DNA of 63,975 nucleotides, counting the filler, from Octopus bimaculoides (lineage: Eukaryota), in the NCBI RefSeq assembly GCF_001194135.2. It is 9 parts of 8 records of this genome, joined end to end, with 100 filler letters (N's around TTAATTAATTAA, not from the genome) between each part and the next. Parts side by side here need not be neighbours in the genome. Positions count along the whole stretch, not along the records: positions 42,095 to 49,117 come from NC_068981.1; positions 49,218 to 56,594 come from NC_068993.1; positions 56,695 to 62,842 come from NC_069000.1; 6 more parts are not named here. The stretch is one strand, 5' to 3'. The notes below the pieces were generated by a model, which worked only from the letters and a program-made list of their open reading frames with translations, searched no databases and had not been told where the DNA came from. The position numbers were made by a program, and so were the translations under genes. Below are positions 48,600 to 60,859 of the stretch, one piece after another. Position 1 is the stretch's first letter. Every line of letters starts with the position of its first letter.

Positions 48600-49117
48600 C
48601 ATTTTCTTCTTTTGCTCATTCATAAATAATTTAAATACCCATATCCATCAATGCAACACTAACGTATTTAGTTTTTCACTGAACACTGGTAAAAACCGAA
48701 GAACTAGGATGCAACACAATGCAAACACAATGCAAACACAATGCAAACACAATGCAACACACCTTGTTCTTCTGAAGGGATATGTTTTACATATTATTGA
48801 TCTAATTGATCTCCCTGGTTTTTCTATAACATTTATCCTCAACTTGGTACTTTTGAGGATTTTTCGAAATCTGCGGGCCAGTTCTCCGTGTGGCGTGGCG
48901 TCCACAAACATTACTCCCTGGAACTTGTCGGTATTGTACCACGTGGTCTTCCACTGTTTGTTACGGTATCTAGAATAGACTACAAAGGATTAGTGACAAA
49001 ACAAACAAAAAGACCACGTCGTACAATACCGACAAGTTCCTGGGGGTAATGTTTGTGGACGCCACGCCACACGGAGAACTGGCCCGCAGATTTCGAAAAA
49101 TCCTCAAAAGTACCAAG
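48600..49117. mobile_element. PLE fragment with 108-bp inverted duplication (48843-48950 / 49010-49117)
   Basis: VMFVDATPHGELARRFRKIL on both strands; 3 mismatches between arms; right arm runs into a gap; 11-bp tandem repeat at 48709-48760. Confidence 0.85.
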
Positions 49118-50207
49118 NNNNNNNNNNNNNNNNNNNNNNNNNNNNNNNNNNNNNNNNNNNNTTAATTAATTAANNNNNNNNNNNNNNNNNNNNNNNNNNN
49201 NNNNNNNNNNNNNNNNNGCGTGTGAGAGTATGTTTTTTTTTCATGCAAATACAGTTAGAAAAAATATTTACCACAAGGATAAAGAGACAAAAATAAAATA
49301 ACACGTGTCAAATTTTTTTTTTTAATAAACGTTCAATGACGTTAACTGGAGTGTGGGGTTCGAGTAGACGTCATTCCACCTTTTGATTTATCATTACCAT
49401 TCTTTTCGTTCGATTTTATTTTTCCTCCACTTTATGTATGCGTAGATCTGTGAGTGTTTAATAACGTACCGTGATAATATGTCTGTAATGTCGTATGCAG
49501 TGTAAATTAATCCCCCAAAAATTACAGTATCGAAATGTGATTGTTTCAGTTTTGATACTGACATAGTGGAAAAGTTTCATTTTTAAAGTGAAAGTATTTG
49601 ACATGAGTGTTTTTGTTTCACTTGTGACACGTAATACTTAAATAGTGGAGGAGATATTATGTTGCTGTGGGCTCGAACTATGCAAGAAGTGAAATTTTTT
49701 TTNNNNNNNNNNNNNNNNNNNNNNNNNNNNNNNNNNNNNNNNNNNNNNNNNNNNNNNNNNNNNNNNNNNNNNNNNNNNNNNNNNNNNNNNNNNNNNNNNN
49801 NNNNNNNNNNNNNNNNNNNNNNNNNNNNNNNNNNNNNNNNNNNNNNNNNNNNNNNNNNNNNNNNNNNNNNNNNNNNNNNNNNNNNNNNNNNNNNNNNNNN
49901 NNNNNNNNNNNNNNNNNNNNNNNNNNNNNNNNNNNNNNNNNNNNNNNNNNNNNNNNNNNNNNNNNNNNNNNNNNNNNNNNNNNNNNNNNNNNNNNNNNNN
50001 NNNNNNNNNNNNNNNNNNNNGGTGATCATGTGGTGTCTTCGTGTATATAAATATATATATATATAAATATATATATATTATATTATATATCTTATATTCT
50101 ATGTATGTATTTTACACACACATACACACTCATACACACACACATACACACTCATACACACACACACATAACACACGCATACTCTCACACACACTCACAT
50201 ACACACT

Positions 50208-50238
<31 letters not shown>

Positions 50239-50339
50239 ACTCACACACGCACTCACATACACCCACACGTACAAACACACTCACACATATGGAAATAGAG
50301 AGGAGGTGCGTTAGACCATCCCCGTCGAATAGCCATGCC

Positions 50340-50500
50340 TGCGGGCTTCCACATAGTTTCCTTCTACCAATATCAGTCATAAGGCATTGATTGACCCGGT
50401 AAAAGACATTTGGCTAACGTGCTGTGTTACGGGACTGAACCCAAAACTACATGGTCGCAAATCGAGCTTCTTAACCACACGGCCTTCGACTGCGCCTGTC
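50340..50500 (-). mobile_element. SINE family B head, decayed
   Basis: GGGACTGAACCC...CATGG...GCTTCTTAACCACACGGCC. Confidence 0.65.
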
Positions 50501-50994
50501 TTGATTAAAATGCTACAGGCAGAATTGCTGTCTTGGCTTCAGGTGTCTGTGCTATTGATAGAGTTAATATTGCCAGTTTTATTAATATTACAGCCGCAAG
50601 GAAGAAAAAAAGAGAAAAACCTTCACTGAAACTCTCTACAGGTTTTTCACAGCTGTTATTAATTATTACTGCCTTTTTCGGATCAAAGGTGTCCGATCTT
50701 GCAATCATTTACTGCAGTAACAGCAAATTTTTTTATCGCCTACCAACAATGCAAAAACTGTTCGCTAGTCGTTATACTAAAGGCTGGAGAACAGTTTTAG
50801 CTCAAAGGTTGAACTGAAAGAGCTGAGAAAAACAATGAATCTTTAATTTAACAAATTCATTGATATATAATTCGTATTAAGTTACTGATCTTTTGGTGGC
50901 GTTTAGGAAGCACTTTCTCTCCACCCCAAAAAAGTCTCGAAAAATTTCTCCCCTGGTCCTCCTATATGCCAAGTTAAGCCTCTGTAATCTTTTA

Positions 50995-51195
50995 GCATTT
51001 ACTTGTTTCAGTCATTAGACTTTGGCCGTGCTGGAGCACGGTCTTGAAATTTCGTGTCGAATGAATTGACCTCAGTAATTTTTCCTTTTAAGCTTGATGC
51101 CTATTCTATCGTCGCTTTTGTCGAACCGCTAAGTTATGGGTACGTAAACACACCAACGCTGGTTGTCAAGTGGTGGTAGGGGACAAACACATATA
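50995..51195 (-). mobile_element. SINE family B, 3' half
   Basis: TTTACTTGTTTCAGTCATTAGACT..GGCCGTGCTGGAGCAC...GAACCGCTAAGTTA. Confidence 0.75.
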
Positions 51196-51680
51196 TAAAG
51201 ACATACATACACACACATGCACACATATATACATACATACATAATATATATTGTCCTTGCCTTCGAAATGCGGAGTAGATGGAGCAGGGACAACTGAAGA
51301 AGGGTAATGTTCTTTATGTTGCATGTCTCGTTTCTCTGTTCGTTTGTTTTTCGTTGTTCGAAAGAAAAGTTCGTTTTCTGTTTTCGTCTTAATGTTTTCG
51401 TTTCTCATCGTGTTTAACGTTTATTGTGATGTCCTGTACCCATATATGCTATATGTATACGTATAGATGTCGGTACATACATATATGTATGGATATATGC
51501 ATATAATTATATATTATATATGTTACTATATATATATATTTATATATATATGCATACATACGAATATATAACGGGTGAGTAATACGAGTAGAAGTATAGA
51601 AACGGAAATGAAGTTGGAAATATAGTGGAAGTCTGAAAAAATTATATTTTTCATGTGTGTGTGTGTGCGTACGTGTGTGA

Positions 51681-51728
<48 letters not shown>

Positions 51729-52151
51729 ATATATACACAATTTGTGTCAGTGTGTGTCATTCATGTGCAACTAATGTATTCACACATGTTAACACATACA
51801 CACACACACACATTCACATACACGCACACACACACACACACAAATGCTTAAACATGCACGCATGCGCACATCTGCACATTTTAATTAGCACATCTACAAT
51901 TGGTTTCTCACAAAAGACAGTTTATGGTTCTCTTTTCTTATAGATTGGTTCATATATTGATTTTTTTATTATTTTTTTTTTTTCACATTTTTACATAATT
52001 TTTATTTAAACATCTCACATTAATGAAATTTTAATGCTTTTCATGTATCTGCTATGATTCCTGATGTTGTTATTGTGTTGTTTTGTGTTGTTGTTATCAA
52101 TGTTTATCTGTCTTTTAATGTGTTGCATTAATCGTCCTTGAGGCAAATAGC

Positions 52152-52212
<61 letters not shown>

Positions 52213-52607
52213 GGCGGCGAGCTAGCATATTCGTTAGCACGCTGGGCGAAATGGATAGCAGTATTTCGTCTGCTCCTACATTCTGAGTTCAAATTCCACG
52301 TATGGCAAGCGAGTTTATCAGCCGTACAGGTAAATTAATGAGATATATACATACAATATAAGACTGTCCGAAACTGTAAGGACATTTGGTAACTTGACTG
52401 AAGAAAGAAGGCCACGAAAAACACGTCCTTTTTTTTCCTGTCCTTTTAATTGTTGTTTTTCCTGTCCCCCTTTGTATGGTGTATCTGTCGACTTTGCCTT
52501 TCATCGGTTCGGGGTCGATTAAATAAATACCAGTTACGCACTGGGGTCGATGTAATCGACTTAATCCCTTCCGCCAAATTTAAGGCCTTGTTCTTCCAGT
52601 AGAAAGA

Positions 52608-52615
<8 letters not shown>
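52213..52615 (+). mobile_element. SINE family A interrupted by a ~186-bp insertion (52301-52486)
   Basis: Head through the B box (GAGTTCAAATTCC), foreign segment, then resumes at GTCGACTTTGCCTTTCATC; (ATT)n tail. Confidence 0.85.
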
Positions 52616-52658
<43 letters not shown>

Positions 52659-52783
52659 GTTATTATTATTATTGTTGTTGTTGTTGTTGTTACTGCTATT
52701 ATCATAGCTATAATGATTTACATAAACAATGTGAATTCATATTGTTAGTGGATATACAAAATATTAGATAACAATGATGTTTG

Positions 52784-52826
<43 letters not shown>

Positions 52827-52905
52827 TAATAATAATAATAATAATAATAATAANNNNNNNNNNNNNNNNNNNNNNNNNNNNNNNNNNNNNNNNNNNAACA
52901 ATAAC

Positions 52906-52962
<57 letters not shown>

Positions 52963-53094
52963 GATGTAGATGAGTAGTATTATCATTATTGTCACAAGTG
53001 CAGAAATAGTGGGTTTTTTTCCTAAAGACGAACCTCATTGTGAATGTTATAGGCACAATTTATACATTTGGGTGTAGAAGAAAAATATTAATAA

Positions 53095-53255
53095 TTTTGG
53101 TGCAAGGCCGGCAATTTTGAAGAATAAAGGGTTAGTTGATTACATGGACAACAGTATATAACTGGAACTTATTCTATCAACCTCGGAAGGATGAAAAGGA
53201 AAGCTGACCTCGGCGGCATTTGAACTCAGAATTTAAAGGCCCGGAAGAAAAGCAT
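53095..53255 (-). mobile_element. SINE family A, 5'-truncated
   Basis: GGATGAAAAGGAAAG.TGACCTCGGCGGCATTTGAACTCAGAA. Confidence 0.7.
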
Positions 53256-53494
53256 TTGTGTTTTAGGTGGTTGTGGTGGTGGTGGTGTGTGTGTTTATGG
53301 GGGGAAGGGGTAATAGTATTCGATGTAATCGGAACTTCGCTAACTAACTGGTATTCATTTATTTTTTTCTCATGTTGTCTCTAATTTGAAGTACATTCAA
53401 GGACAAAGTCGGTATAATCAGCGAAACCCTGTTTCCAAATTAAGCATTTCTACCAAAAGTTTGAAATCTTTCTCATTTTTAATTATCACCAAAA

Positions 53495-53710
53495 GTCGGG
53501 GAGTTCACAGAAGCGTTAGCACACCGAAGAAAATGCTTAGAGACATTTCGTCCGTCCTTACGTTCTGAGTTCACATTCCGCCGAGGTCGACTTTACTTTA
53601 TCATCCTTCGGGGTCGGAAAATTAAGTACCAGTGAAACACTGGGGTCGATGTAATCGACTATTCCCTTCCCCAAAAAAATTCGGGCCTTGTGCTTTTAGT
53701 AGAAAGGGTT
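53495..53710 (+). mobile_element. SINE family A
   Basis: CAGAAGCGTTAGCAC...GAGTTCACATTCCGCCGAGGTCGAC...CTGGGGTCGATGTAATCGACT. Confidence 0.85.
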
Positions 53711-53812
53711 ATAAACCATCATTTGTTTTCTTCGACAGATTCATGCAAGTTTTCACTGTTTATGTGGTGAGTCAAGCCTTGTCTTTCGGGGATGCGGAGG
53801 AAATGTGTGTGG

Positions 53813-53854
<42 letters not shown>

Positions 53855-53871
53855 GTGTGTGTGTATTATAT

Positions 53872-53912
<41 letters not shown>

Positions 53913-53926
53913 ATACATTTATAAAA

Positions 53927-53986
<60 letters not shown>

Positions 53987-54670
53987 GTTTGGTTGCTTCT
54001 GAAGATGTTATGCTTTGTCTGTCCGTTGTGTGGACTAGAAGCCAAGTGAATGGTATTATTCGGTTGGTAGTTCGTAGTATTGTCTAAGTGCAATGTGAAG
54101 TGTGTTAATGTGTTTTAGTATCGCACGGTGATTGCTAAGAGTATGTACTGGGTAGAAGCCTGTGTGCAACTGCAATATCCATGCAGACTGTATGTGAAAG
54201 GCAATACAGTATATACACAATATACGACACACACAATAGTGCTTATACACGAAGCATATGTACTTTCTCTGTGTAAAGAACGGAGTATAAAAATGACTTA
54301 TTTATATTTTTAAAAAATGTATATTTGCAACACCCACAGGGTGTGCTTGTAGAGTTTGTGCGTGTGTGTGTGTGTGTGGTGTTTAATTGTGTGTGTGCAA
54401 TGATGTAGCGGAGGATGTGCGGGTTTTGTGGACCCGTAAGGGCGGCCACGTCGTATATGTATATGAACTGAAGTCGAAAGTATGTCATGTTTGAAAGGGG
54501 TGGCCATTTTGGCCAGGGTAGAAGGCGACCAAAGCCCACGCTATGCCGCTGGGTTTGTATTTTCACGTTCATTTTGCTTCATAAAGCTTTGTAAGTAGAA
54601 AATATGACTGGATTCGGCCTTTTTTCCGGGTAGCATCCATCTGCCGCGTCTCGTCTGCCTTTTCGTTTAC

Positions 54671-54927
54671 CGGTTGCCGATGCTTTCCCCTTCTTCCATC
54701 TTATAATTACGCAAACGCAACATTAACAGCACCAGAAGACCTGCATCCTGGCTGGAACGATGGGCCTGGCACGCTGCACGTTTGCACTGACATACAGACA
54801 GCCCTTCTGCGGGCAAATCAGTGCGGTTTCGCCCCTCTCTGTTGCTGGTTGTAGTGGATGCGGGAGTAGTGACAATGTTGCTGTTGGTGTTACTGTTGCT
54901 GGCGCAGCTGGGGGTGGTGGTACTACT

Positions 54928-54959
<32 letters not shown>

Positions 54960-55065
54960 TGCGAGGGTTCGTAGCGATTGCGAAGCTGGTTGTGTAAGAC
55001 GGAGGGTCAAGTGGGCACTGTGCCGATACAGTGGCGACCCGATGCCGGCTGAGGCGCTGGCCCAT
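54671..55065 (-). other. Candidate first coding exon of an unidentified gene (MGQRLS...)
   Basis: GC/CpG-rich island; ATG in AAGAATGG context; Ser/Asn/Thr-rich reading frame; candidate donor CG|GTAAAC at 54670. No family recognised. Confidence 0.3.
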
Positions 55066-55533
55066 TCTTAGGTGTTTACCTCGGAACCGCAACCTGGAAA
55101 TAACGCCAGCAAGTGCTTGTCTCTCATCTCACTTTCTTCCTCTCTCTCTCTCTCTCTCTCTCCCTCTCCTCTCTCTCCCTTTCCTTCTCTCTCTCTCTCT
55201 CTCTCCCTCTCCTCTCTCTCCCTTTCCTTCTCTCTTACATCCACCCACAACACTCACACCCCCACACACACTCTATACCATCGAGAGTAGCAGTAACAGA
55301 GTGTTTTACATGTATATGTAGCTGCTCACTTCTACTACCACGATGCCGTGTACCATCAGAACACCATTACCATGAATAGCATGACTACCACCTCCACTGC
55401 CACCACCACTACCATCTACACACCACCACTACACACACATGCACACGTACGCATCAGTGCTGTGGTTGTAGTGTGTGTGGGGGGAGGGGTGCAGTATATA
55501 TATATAAGCATATACACATACATACATACACAC

Positions 55534-55582
<49 letters not shown>

Positions 55583-56104
55583 CATGTGCGCTACCTTTGA
55601 CACCATTACCGCTAGCATCACAACAACCCCACTTCAAACAAATACAGCCTCCATCATTCCAGAACCACATCACTCAACAGCCCCACCGCCAACACCGCCG
55701 CCACCATACTCAGCCAGCAACAATTTCATCAATACAACTACAACTACAACTGCTGCTGCTGCTGCCGTTATTGTCATATATACGTATCGCTGCCACCTAC
55801 ACCATCGTTGTCGCCAGCAGTTCCAGTTGTTTCTTTGTCGTCGAACGTCGCCGACGCTGGCAGCATCCGACGATGATGTCTTGTCTCCCGGCAGACAGAA
55901 CATTGGATCGATCGTTGTGTACGGAACAGAGACAGAGAAAGAGGGAAGGAAAGAGATAGAGAGGGAGACAGACAGACAGAGCTAGAGAAAGAGGGACAAG
56001 AGAGAGAGGGGGAGAGAGAGAGAGAGAGAGAGAGAACACTTGTCAGGTAGAAGAGAGAGGCGGAGAGACACGGAGCTAGACAGAGATGACAGACAATAGA
56101 GATG

Positions 56105-56454
56105 TTAAATGGTGGCGGGGGGACAAGCACAGGCACACACTTATGTATATAAATATATATACGACGGGCTTCTTTCAGTTTCCCTCTACCAAATCCATGC
56201 ACAAGGCGTTGGTCGGGCCGACGCTATAGTAGAAGACACTTGCCCAAGGCGCCGGGTGAAATGCTTAGCGGTATTTCGTCTGTCTTCACATTCTGAGTTC
56301 AAATTCCACTGAGATCGACTTTTATCCTTTTGAGGTCGATAAATTAAGTACCAGTTGTGTACTGGGGTCGATGTAATCGACTCATCCCCTGCCCCAAAAT
56401 TGCTGCCCATGTGGCAAAATTTGAAACCATTATTATTATTATTATTATTATTAT

Positions 56455-56483
<29 letters not shown>
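56105..56483. mobile_element. Head-to-head fusion of SINE B (minus, 56105-56253) and SINE A (plus, 56250-56430) with (ATT)n tail
   Basis: ...GACACTTGCCCAAGGCGCC|GGGTGAAATGCTTAGCGG...; both copies are 5'-truncated at the junction. Confidence 0.8.
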
Positions 56484-56485
<2 letters not shown>

Positions 56486-56486
56486 G

Positions 56487-56594
56487 ATATGGCGGCGAGC
56501 TGACTGAATCGTTGGCATGCCGGTCAAAATGCTCACTGGCATTTGATCCGTCTTTTCGTTCTGAGTTCAAATTCCGTCGAGGTCGGCATTGCCT
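56487..56594 (+). mobile_element. SINE family A head, truncated by gap
   Basis: GGCGGCGAGCTG...GAATCGTTGGC...GAGTTCAAATTCCGTCGAGGTCG. Confidence 0.8.
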
Positions 56595-56694
56595 NNNNNN
56601 NNNNNNNNNNNNNNNNNNNNNNNNNNNNNNNNNNNNNNTTAATTAATTAANNNNNNNNNNNNNNNNNNNNNNNNNNNNNNNNNNNNNNNNNNNN

Positions 56695-56742
<48 letters not shown>

Positions 56743-56754
56743 TTTATGTATGTA

Positions 56755-56895
56755 TTCCACACAATTTCTGTCTACTAAATTCCCTTTCAAGACATTGATC
56801 GGCTCGGGGTCATAGTAGAAGACAATTACCTAAGGTACCGCGCGATGTGAGACCGAACTCAAAACCATGTGGCTGCAAAGTGAGCTTCTTACCCA
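56755..56895 (-). mobile_element. SINE family B head, decayed
   Basis: ATAGTAGAAGACA..TACCTAAGGTACC...CGAACTCAAAACCATGTGG...GCTTCTTACC. Confidence 0.6.
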
Positions 56896-58609
56896 ACAAA
56901 TTAAAATAAATGTTATTTTGAAGTTCAAAAACTGCATAAATTCAGTCAGCGTTGAAATTTGTAGTTAAGATTCGATTATTTCTTACCTGAGAATGTTGAA
57001 AAAAGACTGAGTAGTCTAATTGTATACATCGTGACGTGATGTGTGTAGTCATTCGTCTGGTGATGTTCATTCAGTCTTTAAGTTGCATCGGAAAATGATT
57101 CGGTTTATTTATTTCTGTGAGTCGAATGCTTAAGAAGGTGATACGATAATGACAACAACAACAACAACAACAATAATGATGATGATGATTATCATCAACA
57201 CCACCACCATCATCATCATCATCATTATGACGTCGACGACGAGGGTGACGATGACGACGACGATGTTGCTTCCATTTTCTTTTTTTCTATTTTTTTGTTT
57301 ATCAGTCCGTCATTTATTTTATGTAATTAAATCTGACTTTAAGATTAGGTCCGAAATGTTGGTTGCTATATGGGGGTGGGGGTTTGCTTGTGTTGCTTGT
57401 TGTTGTCGTTGTTGTTGTTGTTGTTGGTGGTGGTAGTCTTACTGGAGGTGGTGTTGTGACGATGTTAGGAAGTATTTAGAGCAGATTGCACATTTGTATT
57501 ATGCATTTGTATTATACAGGGGTTGCATTATATAGCAATGCATTTAAATTTATTCCAAGTCCCGCTATACATCTCTCTCGCCTACTCTATATGCATATAT
57601 ATATATATATATANNNNNNNNNNNNNNNNNNNNNNNNNNNNNNNNNNNNNNNNNNNNNNNNNNNNNNNNNNNNNNNNNNNNNNNNNNNNNNNNNNNNNNN
57701 NNNNNNNNNNNNNNNNNNNNNNNNNNNNNNNNNNNNNNNNNNNNNNNNNNNNNNNNNNNNNNNNNNNNNNNNNNNNNNNNNNNNNNNNNNNNNNNNNNNN
57801 NNNNNNNNNNNNNNNNNNNNNNNNNNNNNNNNNNNNNNNNNNNNNNNNNNNNNNNNNNNNNNNNNNNNNNNNNNNNNNNNNNNNNNNNNNNNNNNNNNNN
57901 NNNNNNNNNNNNNNNNNNNNNNNNNNNNNNNNNNNNNNNNNNNNNNNNNNNNNNNNNNNNNNNNNNNNNNNNNNNNNNNNNNNNNNNNNNNNNNNNNNNN
58001 NNNNNNNNNNNNNNNNNNNNNNNNNNNNNNNNNNNNNNNNNNNNNNNNNNNNNNNNNNNNNNNNNNNNNNNNNNNNNNNNNNNNNNNNNNNNNNNNNNNN
58101 NNNNNNNNNNNNNNNNNNNNNNNNNNNNNNNNNNNNNNNNNNNNNNNNNNNNNNNNNNNNNNNNNNNNNNNNNNNNNNNNNNNNNNNNNNNNNNNNNNNN
58201 NNNNNNNNNNNNNNNNNNNNNNNNNNNNNNNNNNNNNNNNNNNNNNNNNNNNNNNNNNNNNNNNNNNNNNNNNNNNNNNNNNNNNNNNNNNNNNNNNNNN
58301 NNNNNNNNNNNNNNNNNNNNNNNNNNNNNNNNNNNNNNNNNNNNNNNNNNNNNNNNNNNNNNNNNNNNNNNNNNNNNNNNNNNNNNNNNNNNNNNNNNNN
58401 NNNNNNNNNNNNNNNNNNNNNNNNNNNNNNNNNNNNNNNNNNNNNNNNNNNNNNNNNNNNNNNNNNNNNNNNNNNATATATATGTGTATATATATATATA
58501 TATGGTGCGAGTTGTATCTAAGGACATAGTAATTTAATAAAACCAGTCTAATCTTCCAAAATCCAAATGTATTTTAATAAAAATTTCTTCCAATGTTCTC
58601 AATAAGCTT

Positions 58610-58740
58610 CCTTATAAGATTTTCATATGATTCCACCTTCAGCATCAATGACTGCTTCAATGCGAGACTAGAATCATTGACATGCCTGCACTACATGATC
58701 CTTATTCATTTCGGGAAACACATGAACAATTAGTTTAATT
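58610..58740 (-). mobile_element. Tc1/mariner transposase C-terminal fragment
   Basis: EMNKDHVVQACQ*F*SRIEAVIDAEGG resembles the C-terminal ACxxFRxRxEAVIxAEGG motif. Confidence 0.6.
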
Positions 58741-59101
58741 AGCTGCCTTCGTACACGTAATATTATACAAACTGGAATCGATAACTCAGTGAAACGATCA
58801 TAATTTGATGATGACTTCTTAAAGTCGTGTGGTTACGTATTTCTCCGTTGAGAGAATTTGGTGTACATGGCCTCTATGGAACACACCAATTACAGGTGAA
58901 AGATCTTGAGTCAGGTCATTCACCCTTTTTCTTTTCAGACACGTTTCCATTTGTTAGTACGTATTTATACATTCACGCGTCTTATTTTTTCTTGTACTAC
59001 ATACTGGACTCTGCAAAAGTTGGTATACAGTAAGGATTATACTAGTATTATTATAGGGGGGGGGGTAGGATTAATTTAATACTAGAATTCATTTCTTGTT
59101 T

Positions 59102-59391
59102 GTACCTTCTCGAGCCATGCCTGGCTCATAAGGGTCTGTTTACCCAGTTTCATTGGCAAATAGGTTCCCCTCCCGGACAGGACGCCGGTCCGTCGCAGGT
59201 GAGCTGCTAGATGCAGAAGGAAAGAGTGAGAGAAAGTTGTGGTGAAAGAGTCAGCAGAAGTTCGCCAGTACCTTCCGCCGCGTGGAGCTTAGGTGTTTCG
59301 CTCATAAACACAAACATCGCCCGGTCTGAGATTCAAACCCGTGATTCCTCAACCGCAAGTCCACTGCTCTAACCACTAGGCCATGTGCCTC
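59102..59391 (-). mobile_element. tRNA-headed SINE, family D (fragment also at 38718-38757)
   Basis: GAGGCACATGGCCTAGTGGTTAG (A box)...GGGTTTGAATCTC (B box)...CCTGCGACGGACCGGCGTCCTGTCC...GAAACTGG...ATGAGCC; 3' block shared with family C. Confidence 0.8.
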
Positions 59392-59452
59392 AACAGAATT
59401 AATTTAGTTCATTAAATTCATTATTACTATTTTTTAAATTTCTATTTTTCAC

Positions 59453-59680
59453 ATGAATGGCAGAATCGTTAGCACGCTGGGCAAAATACTTAGCGGCGTT
59501 TCGTCCATCTGTACATTCTGAGTTCGAATACCGCCGAGGTCGACTTTGCCTTTCATCCTTTTGGGGTCGATAAAATATGTACCAGCTGATCACTGGAGTC
59601 GATGTAATCGACTAGCCTCTTCCTCTCAAATTTCAGGCTCCGAACTTGATGGCCTTGTGTCGAAATTTGAGGTCAATATT
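59453..59680 (+). mobile_element. SINE family A
   Basis: GGCAGAATCGTTAGCACGCTGGGC...GAGTTCGAATACCGCCGAGGTCGACTTTGCCTTTCATCC. Confidence 0.85.
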
Positions 59681-59744
59681 TCTATTTACAAAATGTCTTT
59701 CCTATAATACATCTATTATTTGCAGGTAAAAGAGAACTTCAGCT

Positions 59745-59925
59745 ATGGCTTATAATTTAACAGAGAAGAAGGGCGAATGGATTTTGAAACAGTACTTGAA
59801 GAGAGAGAACAGTGAACGTGTGCGAGGGCAGTGGCGAAGAACATTTGCATTGCCTGAACCAACGAGGCTAACAGTTTACTGCATACGTGACAAATTTGAG
59901 CGGATGGGATCTATCTACAACTTAG
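59745..59925 (+). mobile_element. Transposase N-terminal HTH fragment (DUF4817-like)
   Basis: WILKQYLKRENSERVRGQWRRTFALPEPTRLTVYCIRDKFERMGS resembles the N-terminus of Tc1/mariner-related transposases. Confidence 0.55.
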
Positions 59926-60417
59926 TAACCCTCTGCATATTTATTATTTATCATATACACACACACGCGTGCGTGGATTCCCCCACCCCACGCACGCACA
60001 CATGTACACGAACGTATATATTAATTTGTAGGATAAGATATGGGTTCAAAAAATTGTGTGGCTGAAAGGTGAATATATTTATTCATTTAGAAGAAAGCTG
60101 CGAAACAGCCGTAATCAAAGCATGTTAAGCGGTTAAATAAATATATTCACCACTCATAACTCCTGAATTTTTATCATTGACACACACGCGCGCTCGCGCG
60201 CACACACACACAAACGTATATATGTATATATGTGTATATATGTGTGTGTATCAGCCGAAATTGCAAAGATAATCTGGATCTCGACTGATGAAAGAAAACT
60301 CCGAATGACCTGTCCGTGTTTTCTTTGTATCGTCTCTCTGGATGTTTTATCCCTTTCTTGTATCACCTAACTGTCTGGATATTTTGCGTCCTTGTCCCAT
60401 TCTGTATTATTTACACA

Positions 60418-60533
<116 letters not shown>

Positions 60534-60654
60534 TATATATATATATACATATATATTAAAGTCTTTGTGAAAATTACTTGATACAGTCTTAGTAAGATTT
60601 TTTTTAAAACCAGTGAGCCCATTATAATATTTACATATTGACTATAACATATTG

Positions 60655-60830
60655 ATAATATTGTCTATTGTTATTTCGGTATTTTGCGATCACGTCTTTC
60701 AGTCCAGTTCGTTAGAGTCACATCTCGGATGCAATCTCGCAACGATACTCCTATCTTTAGCAAGGATCTTTCCATGGCCCTTTGTGTCGCAACCATTCGA
60801 TGTTCTTCTTTCTTCGTAGTGACTCATGGC
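60655..60830 (-). mobile_element. RTE-type LINE C-terminal fragment (second family)
   Basis: EEHRMVATQRAMERSLLKIGVSLRDCIRD...RTGLKDVI. Confidence 0.65.
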
Positions 60831-60859
60831 TTACGTGAAATGAGCAGATAAAATATATA

